Origin: Aquifex aeolicus VF5 | GTDB lineage: Bacteria > Aquificota > Aquificia > Aquificales > Aquificaceae | DNA: 32,000 nt | Reading direction: 5' to 3' | Assembly (NCBI RefSeq): GCF_000008625.1 | Contig: NC_000918.1 | Location: 1,230,001 to 1,262,000 of the forward strand | Part shown: piece by piece, positions 24,401-32,000 of the stretch | Numbering within the stretch: the first letter of the stretch is position 1 | Layout of the letters: each line of letters opens with the position of its first letter | Program-made: the position numbers and the translations under genes | The notes under the pieces: model-generated | Databases searched by the model: none | Told to the model about the DNA's origin: nothing | The model's input: the letters and a program-made list of their open reading frames with translations, nothing else

Positions 24401-24809
24401 TCAGTATGTCCTCGTATGGGGCTGTTCCGAGGAGCTCCTTTGAGAATATTCTCAAAAGTTCCCTGTGCCTGTAAAAGGCGAGTTTTTCCGAAAACTTTTC
24501 ATCCGAATCGCTCTCAGAAATGAGTTCCTTAAGCTCCTTTACGTAGTCCTCCTTTTCCTTCCTCAGGTACCAGAGGTTAGGTATTGTGTTCTGAAACTCC
24601 GTGGGGTGTTTTAAGAGAAATTTCCGAAGGCACTGGGACTGCTCAAGTATCATCAAAAGGAGAATGAAACGCCTTTCATTCAGGTAATCTAAAAGAGTTT
24701 TGGGCTTGGGGTGATTCTCAAGGAGCTTTTCAAAGTAAGAGAAGGCTTTCTCGGGCTCTTTTAAAAACCTTCTTGAGGAAGAAAGCCAGGAGGAGGGAAC
24801 TGTGGACAT
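24345..24809 (-). CDS. glnE: GlnE N-terminal fragment (154 aa), out of frame with the main ORF
   Basis: The sequence (...FYRHRELLRIFSKELLG...[19 protein letters not shown]) matches the N-terminal helical region that precedes the first NTase motif of GlnE. It overlaps the 797-aa ORF by 56 nt in another frame. Confidence 0.75.
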   Translation of the reverse strand: MSTVPSSWLSSSRRFLKEPEKAFSYFEKLLENHPKPKTLLDYLNERRFILLLMILEQSQCLRKFLLKHPTEFQNTIPNLWYLRKEKEDYVKELKELISESDSDEKFSEKLAFYRHRELLRIFSKELLGTAPYEDILSEYSHLPDALVEVTYERL

Positions 24810-24810
24810 T

Positions 24811-25521
24811 TCATGGTCCTATGGTGAGTTTAGTTCCCTTGGAAGGCGGGACGTGTCTCAAAAGGTTGAGGGAAAAGTTTAAGTTGTCATAAAGAGTTAT
24901 TGAGTAGTTATCCCAGAAGACACACGTTCCCGCGAGACAGAAGTATCCGCCGCTCGGGGGTGCTATCTGCTCCGCTATCAGGAGGGGGTAATTTCCCATG
25001 TTTGACTTTGCGGTGTCCTCTCCCCTCGCAACTATCTTCGTGTCGGGCATTATGGGTTTTATGGAAGCGGTGCATGCGAGGACTATCTTCTCAACGTTTA
25101 CCTCGTTCTTATCGTTCTTGTTGTATCTCCTTATTTTAGAAGTGACAACGAAGTACTTATCTCCGTTGTGGTTGTTTACCTCATCCGTAACCTCGTCGGG
25201 ATTTAGTTCCATACCGAAGGCTCTGGCTAAGGTGTTGCAAGTGTCCGCTATCCTGTCCTCATTTTTATAGTATCCCGCAAGGATAACTTTCTTTCCGTCC
25301 TTCCAGACCCACCTTTCCACGTCCTTTACTTCACTTTCAGTAAAAGGTATTTCAGGGTAATTGAAAACTATAACGTCGTACTTGTTCAAGCTTTCCCAAT
25401 CGTTCACTTCGTCTATCTCTATGCCCGCCTTCTCGGCTTCCCTCTGAAGAATAGAAAAGTAGTAGTAATCGGTAATGGTAAACTCCTGGTGTGTTATATC
25501 CCAGCCTACTTTTACACTCAT
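24811..25521 (-). CDS. hypothetical protein (236 aa), possibly with a class I glutamine-amidotransferase-like / DUF4350-like fold
   Basis: ORF track entry. The pattern YDVIVFNYPEIPFTESEVKDVERWVWKDGKKVILAG recalls DUF4350/ThuA-like domains, but this is a weak assignment from memory. It lies 10 nt after infC and 1 nt before glnE. Confidence 0.55.
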   Translation of the reverse strand: MSVKVGWDITHQEFTITDYYYFSILQREAEKAGIEIDEVNDWESLNKYDVIVFNYPEIPFTESEVKDVERWVWKDGKKVILAGYYKNEDRIADTCNTLARAFGMELNPDEVTDEVNNHNGDKYFVVTSKIRRYNKNDKNEVNVEKIVLACTASIKPIMPDTKIVARGEDTAKSNMGNYPLLIAEQIAPPSGGYFCLAGTCVFWDNYSITLYDNLNFSLNLLRHVPPSKGTKLTIGP

Positions 25522-25531
25522 GTGTTTAATT

Positions 25532-26059
25532 TTACTTTTTTCTCTTGGGTGCTAACACGAATATCATGAAGTTTCCTTCCTTCTTTGGCTGAACCTCTAC
25601 CTCCGCTATGTCCGATAACTCGTTTATTATTCGCTCCGCCAGCTTTTTACCTAGTTCGGGGTATATGTTTTCTCTTCCCCTGAACCTGAGCCACACCTTT
25701 ACCTTATCCCCCTCTTCTAGGAATTCCCGCATGTGTTTGAGTTTCACCTGAAGGTCGTGCTCATCAATTCTCACCTTCATACGAATATCCTTGACCTCAA
25801 TCTGGTGTTCTCTCTGTTTCTTTCTCGCCTCCCTTTCCTTTTTCTTGAGTTCGTACTTGAACTTTCCGTAATCCATTATCTTGCAAACGGGAGGTTTTGC
25901 CTGAGGTGCTATCTCAACTAGATCCAATCCCTTCTCCTCGGCTATTTTTAGGGCTTCCTCAATAGGAACTATTCCTATCTGCTGTCCGTTTTCGTCTATA
26001 AGCCTGCACTCCTTTGCCCTTATCTGTCTGTTCACTCTGTACTCTTTCAGCTTACTCAT
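25532..26059 (-). CDS. infC: translation initiation factor IF-3 (ATG start)
   Basis: RVNRQIRAKECRLIDENGQQIGIVPIEEALKIAEEKGLDLVEI is canonical IF-3. The SD GAGGAGGTTAG precedes the ATG. Confidence 0.93.
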   Translation of the reverse strand: MSKLKEYRVNRQIRAKECRLIDENGQQIGIVPIEEALKIAEEKGLDLVEIAPQAKPPVCKIMDYGKFKYELKKKEREARKKQREHQIEVKDIRMKVRIDEHDLQVKLKHMREFLEEGDKVKVWLRFRGRENIYPELGKKLAERIINELSDIAEVEVQPKKEGNFMIFVLAPKRKK

Positions 26060-26068
26060 CTAACCTCC

Positions 26069-26464
26069 TCATAGATTTTTATACAAAATCGTTGTTGACA
26101 ACATAAAGTTTAGGAATAAAACGCTCAAAGACGTGTAAGAAAGCTTCCTGAACTTTACCCTATCAGGATGATTAAAATCAAGGTTTTCTATGCTCCCCAA
26201 TTTCCTTTTGAACTCCTTCAATTTTTTTGAAATGAATACGTTGACACCCAAGCCTAAAAATAATATAACTCCTTCAAAAAAGTTAAACAACAGTCCGTAA
26301 AGGAGAAGAACAGGTAAAAATATTCTGTAAAAGTTCCATAAAATTTTTCCGTAAAAGTGTCCCGCCAAATCCTTATTTTTTTCCGTTCTGAGAAGCACAG
26401 GGGAAACAATGAACACGATTGTAAAGAGGGAACCGGAGTAGAGGGAGAGGATTATCTTGTCCAT
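26069..26464 (-). CDS. integral membrane protein (131 aa, 4 TM; DUF4149/TMEM205-like?)
   Basis: ORF track entry with four hydrophobic segments. The family guess is weak. Confidence 0.55.
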   Translation of the reverse strand: MDKIILSLYSGSLFTIVFIVSPVLLRTEKNKDLAGHFYGKILWNFYRIFLPVLLLYGLLFNFFEGVILFLGLGVNVFISKKLKEFKRKLGSIENLDFNHPDRVKFRKLSYTSLSVLFLNFMLSTTILYKNL

Positions 26465-26568
26465 AACTTCTTTTTTCTTATCTTTGTCATTACCACTCTA
26501 AAGAGAAAACCGCTCAGGAACATAACCGTTATTATACCGATGATTGCAAACAGGAGAAGGTACTTCAT
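26452..26568 (-). CDS. possible 38-aa single-TM peptide, translationally coupled on both sides
   Basis: Manual translation gives MKYLLLFAIIGIITVMFLSGFLFRVVMTKIRKKKLWTR. Its ATG overlaps the fumA stop (GTATGAAG). Its last codons overlap the start of the 131-aa membrane protein by 13 nt. Confidence 0.35.
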   Translation of the reverse strand: MKYLLLFAIIGIITVMFLSGFLFRVVMTKIRKKKLWTR

Positions 26569-27410
26569 ACAACCCTTTCCGCGTGCCTGTTGGCATGGCA
26601 CTGAATGTTTACCGCCACCGGTAGTGAGGCTATGTGACAGGGGTACATCTCAACCTTCACGTCCACGGCAGTAACCGTACCTCCGAAGCCCATGGGTCCC
26701 CAGCCTATCTTGTTTATCTCTTCGAGGAGTTCCTCTTCAACCTTAGCTATAAGCGGGTTTTCGTGTCTCTTTCCGACGGGTCTCAGGAGTGCCTTCTTTG
26801 CGAGGTAAGCACAGTACTCAAAGTTCCCGCCTATTCCTACACCTACCGTAAAGGGAGGGCATGCGTTAGGACCTGCGAATTTTACGGTTTCAAGGATAAA
26901 CTTCTTCACCCCTTCCCAACCGTCTGCAGGCTTTAGCATCGCAAGCCTTGAAGTGTTTTCGGACCCTGCTCCTTTCGGAGCTACCACTATCTTTACCCTG
27001 TCTCCGGGAACAACCTCGTAGTGTATTATCGCGGGCGTGTTGTCCTTAGTGTTCTTCCTTTCAAAAACGGGATCCCAGACCATTGAAGCCCTGAGGTATC
27101 CTTCCTCCGTGGCTTCCCTGACCCCTTGATTTATGGCGTCTTCCAGAGAGCCTCCTACCACGTGAACGTCCTGTCCGAGGAAAACGAAGATTACGTCAAC
27201 CCCTGTGTCCTGACAGTATGGCATTTTCTCCTTTTGGGCTATTTCCGCGTTTTCAAGTATCTGAGTAAGAACCTCCCTTCCTATGGGAGACTCTTCCCTT
27301 TTTAAGGCTTCCTGAAAGGCTACTCTTACCTCCCGAGGAAGGACGCAGTTCGCCTCTATTATAGCTTCCTTGACAGCTTCTTTTATATCATTGACGTGAA
27401 CTTCCCGCAC
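26565..27410 (-). CDS. fumA: class I (Fe-S) fumarate hydratase, alpha (N-terminal domain) subunit; L-tartrate dehydratase alpha is the alternative; GTG start
   Basis: 281 aa. It has the Fe-S hydro-lyase alpha-type motifs (PYCQDTG, GAGSEN, PNACPPF). The SD GGAGGG lies 8 nt before the GTG. Confidence 0.8.
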   Translation of the reverse strand: MREVHVNDIKEAVKEAIIEANCVLPREVRVAFQEALKREESPIGREVLTQILENAEIAQKEKMPYCQDTGVDVIFVFLGQDVHVVGGSLEDAINQGVREATEEGYLRASMVWDPVFERKNTKDNTPAIIHYEVVPGDRVKIVVAPKGAGSENTSRLAMLKPADGWEGVKKFILETVKFAGPNACPPFTVGVGIGGNFEYCAYLAKKALLRPVGKRHENPLIAKVEEELLEEINKIGWGPMGFGGTVTAVDVKVEMYPCHIASLPVAVNIQCHANRHAERVV

Positions 27411-28395
27411 TTAGTATACCCTCCGCAACTTCAACGGTTTTCTTAACAGACTCGACGGAACGTCTCCACATTTCCCTTTCTTCTTCTATCATAGGCACTT
27501 TTATTATTTCTTCAACCCCGTTAGAACCAAGTTTCACGGGAACTCCCACGCAAAAGCCCTGAACTCCGTAGTACTCACCTGCTTCTCCGTCAAGGTAAAC
27601 ACTGCAGGGGAGTATCCTCTTGCTGTTCTGGACGAGAGCCTCTATCATGTCCACAATTGCCGCCGCAGGAGCGTAATAAGCGGAAGTTCCCATGAGGTTT
27701 ACTATCTCACCGCCACCAAAGCGTGTTCTTTCTATAATCTTTTCAAGCTTTTCCTTTGGAAGTAAATCCTTTAAAGGTATTCCTCCCACGTTAGAAATTG
27801 AAATAAGAGGAACCATCTCATCACCGTGCCCGCCTATCACGTAAGCGTGGATGTCTTTCGGAGAAACCATGAGTTCTTCGGAAATAAAAGTTTTGAACCT
27901 CGCGGAATCAAGCACTCCCGCCATCCCCATTACGCGGTTCTTAGGAAAGTTAAGGAGCTTGTAGGCTACGTAGGTCATGACGTCCACGGGATTCGTAACA
28001 ACAATTACTATTGCGTCTGGTGCGTACCTCTTAATCCTGTCCGCTATAACCGAGATTATCCTTATGTTTGCCTCAAGAAGGTCCTCTCTGCTCATTCCCG
28101 GTCTTCTGGGAAAACCCGCGGTAATTACCACTATGTCGGAACCTTCTAAGGGTTCGTAGCCTTCGCCCTCAGGTGTCACAGTATAGCCCTCTACCCTCGC
28201 ATCTATGTCCATAGCTGCGAGCATCTGCTTCATGTCGAGGGCCTTCCCTTTAACTGGCTCAAAAACTTTCTCTTCCGTTTTTCTGGGAAGGTCGAACATT
28301 TTAACGTTTGCGAGGTTTTTTAAAAGGATGAGGGAGGCGACGTGCTCCCCCACGTTCCCCGCACCGATTACAGCAACGGTTTTTTTCATTCTCAT
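27388..28395 (-). CDS. mdh: malate dehydrogenase (LDH-like MDH family)
   Basis: It has the Rossmann motif VAVIGAGNVG, the substrate arginines GFPRRPGMSREDL and the catalytic VIGGHGDEMVP. Its ATG overlaps the aconitase stop (ATGA) and is preceded by AAGGAGG. Confidence 0.92.
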   Translation of the reverse strand: MRMKKTVAVIGAGNVGEHVASLILLKNLANVKMFDLPRKTEEKVFEPVKGKALDMKQMLAAMDIDARVEGYTVTPEGEGYEPLEGSDIVVITAGFPRRPGMSREDLLEANIRIISVIADRIKRYAPDAIVIVVTNPVDVMTYVAYKLLNFPKNRVMGMAGVLDSARFKTFISEELMVSPKDIHAYVIGGHGDEMVPLISISNVGGIPLKDLLPKEKLEKIIERTRFGGGEIVNLMGTSAYYAPAAAIVDMIEALVQNSKRILPCSVYLDGEAGEYYGVQGFCVGVPVKLGSNGVEEIIKVPMIEEEREMWRRSVESVKKTVEVAEGILSAGSSRQ

Positions 28396-30371
28396 GCGGA
28401 AACCTCCTTCCTGTGTTTGTTCTTTATGTAGTTGAGTCTTCCGCCGGCTATGAGTATTTCCTTCTGTACGGGTGTGAGGTTATACGTACACAGGATTTCC
28501 TCTCCCGTGGTCTTGTTTATTACGAGTATGTCTTCACCTTTTTTGAGTCTTTCTATGAGGTTAGGTATTTCTATCTCATCTCCTAGACTGAACTTGTCGT
28601 AATCCTCCTTATTCTTGAACTCTAATGGAACTACTCCGAAGTTTACGAGGTTTGCGTGGTGGATTCTCGCGAAGGACTTGGCTATAACTGCCCTTACTCC
28701 CAAGAATCTGGGTGCTAGTGCTGCGTGCTCTCTGGAGGAACCCTGTCCGTAGTTTTCTCCGCCGATAATTATTCCCGCTTTTCCTTTTTCCTTTAATTTC
28801 TTCATTCTCGGGACGAATTCGGGATCAACGTAGTGGTAAACGTACTCGGAAATAGCGTATATGTTGGACCTCAAGGGGAGTATCTTCGCACCTGCGGGCA
28901 TTATGTGGTCCGTGGTTATGTTGTCTTCAACGATGAGGGCGACTTCTCCCTCTATAGTTTCGGGCAGGGGTTCAAATTCGGGGAGAGGTTTTATGTTTGG
29001 ACCTCTGTATATTTCAACTTTTTCCCTTTCCTCCTTGGGAAGAGGCGGTATGAAGGCTTCGTCTCCGTATGGGAACTTTTCGGGCATTTCTACCCTTATC
29101 CACTTTACACCTTCCCTTTCAGCGAGCTTTCTCGGGTCTATTATCTCCCCAGCTATTGCCGCGGCAACACAGGTCTCGGGAGACGCGAGGTAAACTTTTG
29201 CGTCAGGCGTTCCAGCCCTTCCCTTGAAGTTCCTGTTGAAGCTCCTTACGGAAACTCCGTTCGTGGGAGGAGCGAATCCCATTCCTATACAGGGACCGCA
29301 TGCACTCTCCAGAATCCTCGCTCCCGCCTTCAGGAAGTTAAGAAGTGCTCCGTTCTGGGTTATTAATTCTAGCGCCTGCTTAGAACCGGGTGCTACCGCA
29401 AAGACTACGTCCGGGTGAACCCTCCTTCCTTCAAGGAGTTTAGCAGCTCTCGTTAGGTCAACGAAGGAGGAATTCGTACATGAACCTATCACTACTTGAT
29501 CCACTTTTATTCCTTCTATTTCCCTTACGGGAACAACGTTGTCCGGGGAGTGAGGTTGAGCTATTAGAGGCTCTAATTCGGAGAGGTTTATCTCTATAAC
29601 TTCGTCGTACTCGGCGTCAGGATCCGGTAGGAGTTCTACCCAGTCCTCTTCCCTTCCCTGAGCTCTGAGGTAAGCTCTAGTTATTTCGTCTGAGGGGAAT
29701 ATTGAAGTTGTAGCTCCGAGTTCCGCTCCCATGTTCGTTATGGTTGCCCTTTCCGGAACGGAGAGTTCCTTTACCCCCTCTCCGAAGTATTCAAATATCT
29801 TTCCGAGACCGCCTTTTACGGTGAGCCTTCTGAGGAGTTCAAGGATTATGTCCTTTGCGGTTACCCACTCAGGCATTTTGCCTTTGAGGTGTACACCCAC
29901 GATCTTGGGCATCTTCAGGTAGAAGGGTTCTCCCGCCATGGCTGCGGCAACGTCCAATCCGCCCGCACCTATTGCGAGCATTCCCATTCCGCCCGCGGTA
30001 GGTGTGTGGGAGTCCGAACCGAGAAGCGTCTTTCCGGGTTTTGCGAACCTTTCTAAGTGAACTTGGTGACATATGCCGTTTCCGGGCTTTGAGAGCCATA
30101 TACCGAACTTCTTAGCTACGCTCATCAAGTACTTGTGGTCGTCCGCGTTCCTGAAGTCCGTCTGGAGCATGTTGTGGTCTATGTAGGACACGGAGAGTTC
30201 CGTCTTTACCTCGGGAACGCCCATCGCTTCGAACTCGAGGTAACACATAGTTCCCGTAGCGTCCTGAGTCAGAGTCTGGTCAATCTTTATCGCTATCTCC
30301 TCACCGGGCTCCATTTTTCCCGAAACAAGGTGGTTTTTAATGATCTTCCACGCAACCGTCCCTTTAGCCAT
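28392..30371 (-). CDS. acn: aconitate hydratase (short ~660-aa aconitase-family enzyme, domains 1-4 in one chain)
   Basis: It has the Fe-S cluster ligand motifs GSCTNSS and CGPCIGMG and the swivel-domain motif GENYGQGSSREHAAL. The SD AAAGGAGGTCAGT precedes the ATG. Confidence 0.88.
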   Translation of the reverse strand: MAKGTVAWKIIKNHLVSGKMEPGEEIAIKIDQTLTQDATGTMCYLEFEAMGVPEVKTELSVSYIDHNMLQTDFRNADDHKYLMSVAKKFGIWLSKPGNGICHQVHLERFAKPGKTLLGSDSHTPTAGGMGMLAIGAGGLDVAAAMAGEPFYLKMPKIVGVHLKGKMPEWVTAKDIILELLRRLTVKGGLGKIFEYFGEGVKELSVPERATITNMGAELGATTSIFPSDEITRAYLRAQGREEDWVELLPDPDAEYDEVIEINLSELEPLIAQPHSPDNVVPVREIEGIKVDQVVIGSCTNSSFVDLTRAAKLLEGRRVHPDVVFAVAPGSKQALELITQNGALLNFLKAGARILESACGPCIGMGFAPPTNGVSVRSFNRNFKGRAGTPDAKVYLASPETCVAAAIAGEIIDPRKLAEREGVKWIRVEMPEKFPYGDEAFIPPLPKEEREKVEIYRGPNIKPLPEFEPLPETIEGEVALIVEDNITTDHIMPAGAKILPLRSNIYAISEYVYHYVDPEFVPRMKKLKEKGKAGIIIGGENYGQGSSREHAALAPRFLGVRAVIAKSFARIHHANLVNFGVVPLEFKNKEDYDKFSLGDEIEIPNLIERLKKGEDILVINKTTGEEILCTYNLTPVQKEILIAGGRLNYIKNKHRKEVSA

Positions 30372-30423
30372 ACTGACCTCCTTTCAAAACAATTTTAAAA
30401 CTTCATTTTAAAATTAGAAACCT

Positions 30424-31197
30424 TCAAAAGCCCAGCAACTCTTTTAACTTCCTGTAAGGATTCTCACTCTTCATAAGGGAAGTGCCTATTAAAAAGCCGT
30501 CCACCTGATAATTCATAAGTTCAAGGATCTCCTCCCTTTTGGATATCCCGCTCTCGGAAATCACGAACTTCGCCCCGAGATCCTTTATCTTGGGTGCAAG
30601 TTCCTTAGTTTTGTTTATATCAACTTTAAACGTTTCGAGATCCCTGTTGTTTATACCTATAATTTTTGCTCCGGCGTCGAGTGCCCTCTTTGCCTCGTCC
30701 AAGGTGAATACCTCAACGAGTGGTGAGAGACCGAGCTCCTCGGAAAAATCGAGTAATTCCTTTAACTCCTTGTCTGAGAGCATTCTCACTATTAAGAGGA
30801 CTATGTCCGCACCGTATGCCTTTGCTTCCAGTATTTGAACTTTGTGAACAGTGAAGTCCTTCCTCAGAAGCGGAAGTTTTACACTTTCCCTTACATTTCT
30901 CAAATCCTCTAAAGAACCTTTGAAGTACTTTTCATCCGTCAGAACGGATATTGCAATCGCCCCAGCTTTTTCGTAGAGTTTTGCCTGTTCTTCCGGGTTA
31001 ACCTCCTTTATATTCCCTTCAGAAGGGGAGGCTTTTTTAACTTCTGCGATAATTTTAGTCCCGCAACTCGTGAGGGCTTTCTCAAAGTCGTAAAACTCCT
31101 TCCTCTCTTCTATTAATTCTTCAAGTTTCCTGAGGTATTCCGGGGAAGTGTCAATTTGACTCTCTTTGTAAGATCTTACCTCTTCTAAAAATCCCAT
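30424..31197 (-). CDS. trpC: indole-3-glycerol phosphate synthase
   Basis: It has IIAEVKKASPSEG, LRKDFTV and GINNRDLETF, the hallmark motifs of the TrpC TIM barrel. Confidence 0.93.
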   Translation of the reverse strand: MGFLEEVRSYKESQIDTSPEYLRKLEELIEERKEFYDFEKALTSCGTKIIAEVKKASPSEGNIKEVNPEEQAKLYEKAGAIAISVLTDEKYFKGSLEDLRNVRESVKLPLLRKDFTVHKVQILEAKAYGADIVLLIVRMLSDKELKELLDFSEELGLSPLVEVFTLDEAKRALDAGAKIIGINNRDLETFKVDINKTKELAPKIKDLGAKFVISESGISKREEILELMNYQVDGFLIGTSLMKSENPYRKLKELLGF

Positions 31198-32000
31198 AAC
31201 TAATTAAGATAGCGAGTTCTTCTCTCAAAATAATAAGAAAGACATAGTAGAACAGGGCGTAAATGGGGATAAAGGATACGAGGATAAACGGATTTTGAGT
31301 CAAAGACTCCGTTAAGTATACTAATCCTCCCATAAAAGATGAGGCGATAAGGTACTTTATCAGGTTTCCGAAGGGAATACTCACCTTTTGAGGGAGTTTT
31401 TGGTAGAGATATACAAGGACTGAGGAGGAAGAAATCAAAGCGGCGAGGGGAAAGGAGTAAACGCCGAAATTAAGCAGAAAGATAAATACTGAACCGAATA
31501 AAGCCTCCAGAAAGACGCTCAGGAAGGCACTTTTTGTGGGTATTTCCACGTTCTTTTTTGAGTAGTAGACGGTCTTTAGTATGTGCTGGAGTGAGTAAAA
31601 GGGAACGCTAAAGGCGTAAAGACTGAGAAGTCCCGATGTGTAGAAAAGGTCTTCCTCCGAAAAATTTCCCCTTTTGTAAAGTACGCTCACGATTTCCCGC
31701 GAAAGAAAGAAAAGTCCGAAGGAAGATGGAATACTCAACATTAAGGTGAGCTTTAAGGCTGTATCCGTGTCCTTTTCCTTATCTTTTTTTGTGGACACGA
31801 GGGCAAGGAGCGTATTGCTCAAACTTATTGAAAAAAGGCTTATAGGGAGAAGGTAAATCCTAGCAGCGTAGTAAACGTAGGAGATGCTACCTACTTTCAG
31901 GAAAGATGCGAGAAAGGTATCTACAAATAGGGAAAGCTGGTTCGCGGAAAATCCTCCTAGCGTAAATAAAAACTTCTTTAAAAAGGTTTTAATCTCTCTA
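31151..32000 (-). CDS. murJ: lipid II flippase MurJ (MviN), C-terminal part; 5' end beyond the window
   Basis: The reading frame stays open from 31822 to the window end (REIKTFLKKFLFTLGGFSANQLSLFVDTFLASFLKVGSISYVYYAARIYLLPISLFSISLSNTLLALVS...), which is typical of the MurJ central and C-terminal TM region. It overlaps the trpC start by 47 nt. Confidence 0.85.
   Translation of the reverse strand, partial: REIKTFLKKFLFTLGGFSANQLSLFVDTFLASFLKVGSISYVYYAARIYLLPISLFSISLSNTLLALVSTKKDKEKDTDTALKLTLMLSIPSSFGLFFLSREIVSVLYKRGNFSEEDLFYTSGLLSLYAFSVPFYSLQHILKTVYYSKKNVEIPTKSAFLSVFLEALFGSVFIFLLNFGVYSFPLAALISSSSVLVYLYQKLPQKVSIPFGNLIKYLIASSFMGGLVYLTESLTQNPFILVSFIPIYALFYYVFLIILREELAILISYGIFRRGKILQRESN

Noticed and set aside
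28833-29366. 177-aa and other long ORFs antisense to aconitase, and similar antisense ORFs inside tkt, glnE, mdh, priA, tyrS and glcD
   Set aside because: All lie fully inside well-supported genes on the opposite strand. They encode low-complexity R/S/P/G/F-rich products and have no SD or promoter context.

Overview
This is a dense (about 90% coding) core-chromosome segment of a hyperthermophilic, Aquifex-like bacterium. Proteins are K/E/I-rich, internal genes carry GGAGGTG-type Shine-Dalgarno boxes, and intergenic distances are very short or negative. From memory, LpxC, prephenate dehydrogenase, RNase HIII and the 289-aa LeuRS beta subunit look identical or nearly identical to Aquifex aeolicus proteins; I cannot run a search to confirm this. 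I can support about 37 protein-coding genes:
- cell envelope: murE, murJ, lpxC, an M23 peptidase
- translation: tyrS, leuS-beta, infC, rpsT, rpmA, rluD
- aromatic amino acids: tyrA, trpC
- a reductive-TCA-type string: acn-mdh-fumA(alpha)
- others: tkt, inositol-1-phosphate synthase, a branched-polyamine synthase, glnE, a priA-like gene, hemD, rnhC, glcD-like

There are also 4 tRNAs (Ser-UGA, Lys-CUU, Arg-ACG, His-GUG), a cas-less 3-repeat CRISPR mini-array, and a few consensus-like promoters. I saw no transposase, integrase, phage or recognisable defence island.

The most notable observations are:
1. An orphan family-1 encapsulin shell gene sits between a priA-like gene and rluD, with no recognisable cargo gene.
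2. glnE is broken by a clean 1-nt frame change at a CUU-UAA-A site that resembles the prfB +1 frameshift site.
3. The PriA homolog has degenerate helicase motifs I, II and VI.
4. The mini-CRISPR has a promoter-bearing leader and decayed repeat remnants.
5. First genes of transcription units recurrently have a -10-like box 5-10 nt from the start codon and no SD, which suggests leaderless mRNAs.
6. Several short ORFs fall below the ORF-track cutoff, and convergent genes systematically overlap at their 3' ends.

Coordinates follow the supplied ORF track where one exists. My hand count around 17.96-18.02 kb was 1 nt off from the track, so treat hand-derived positions there as +/-1.
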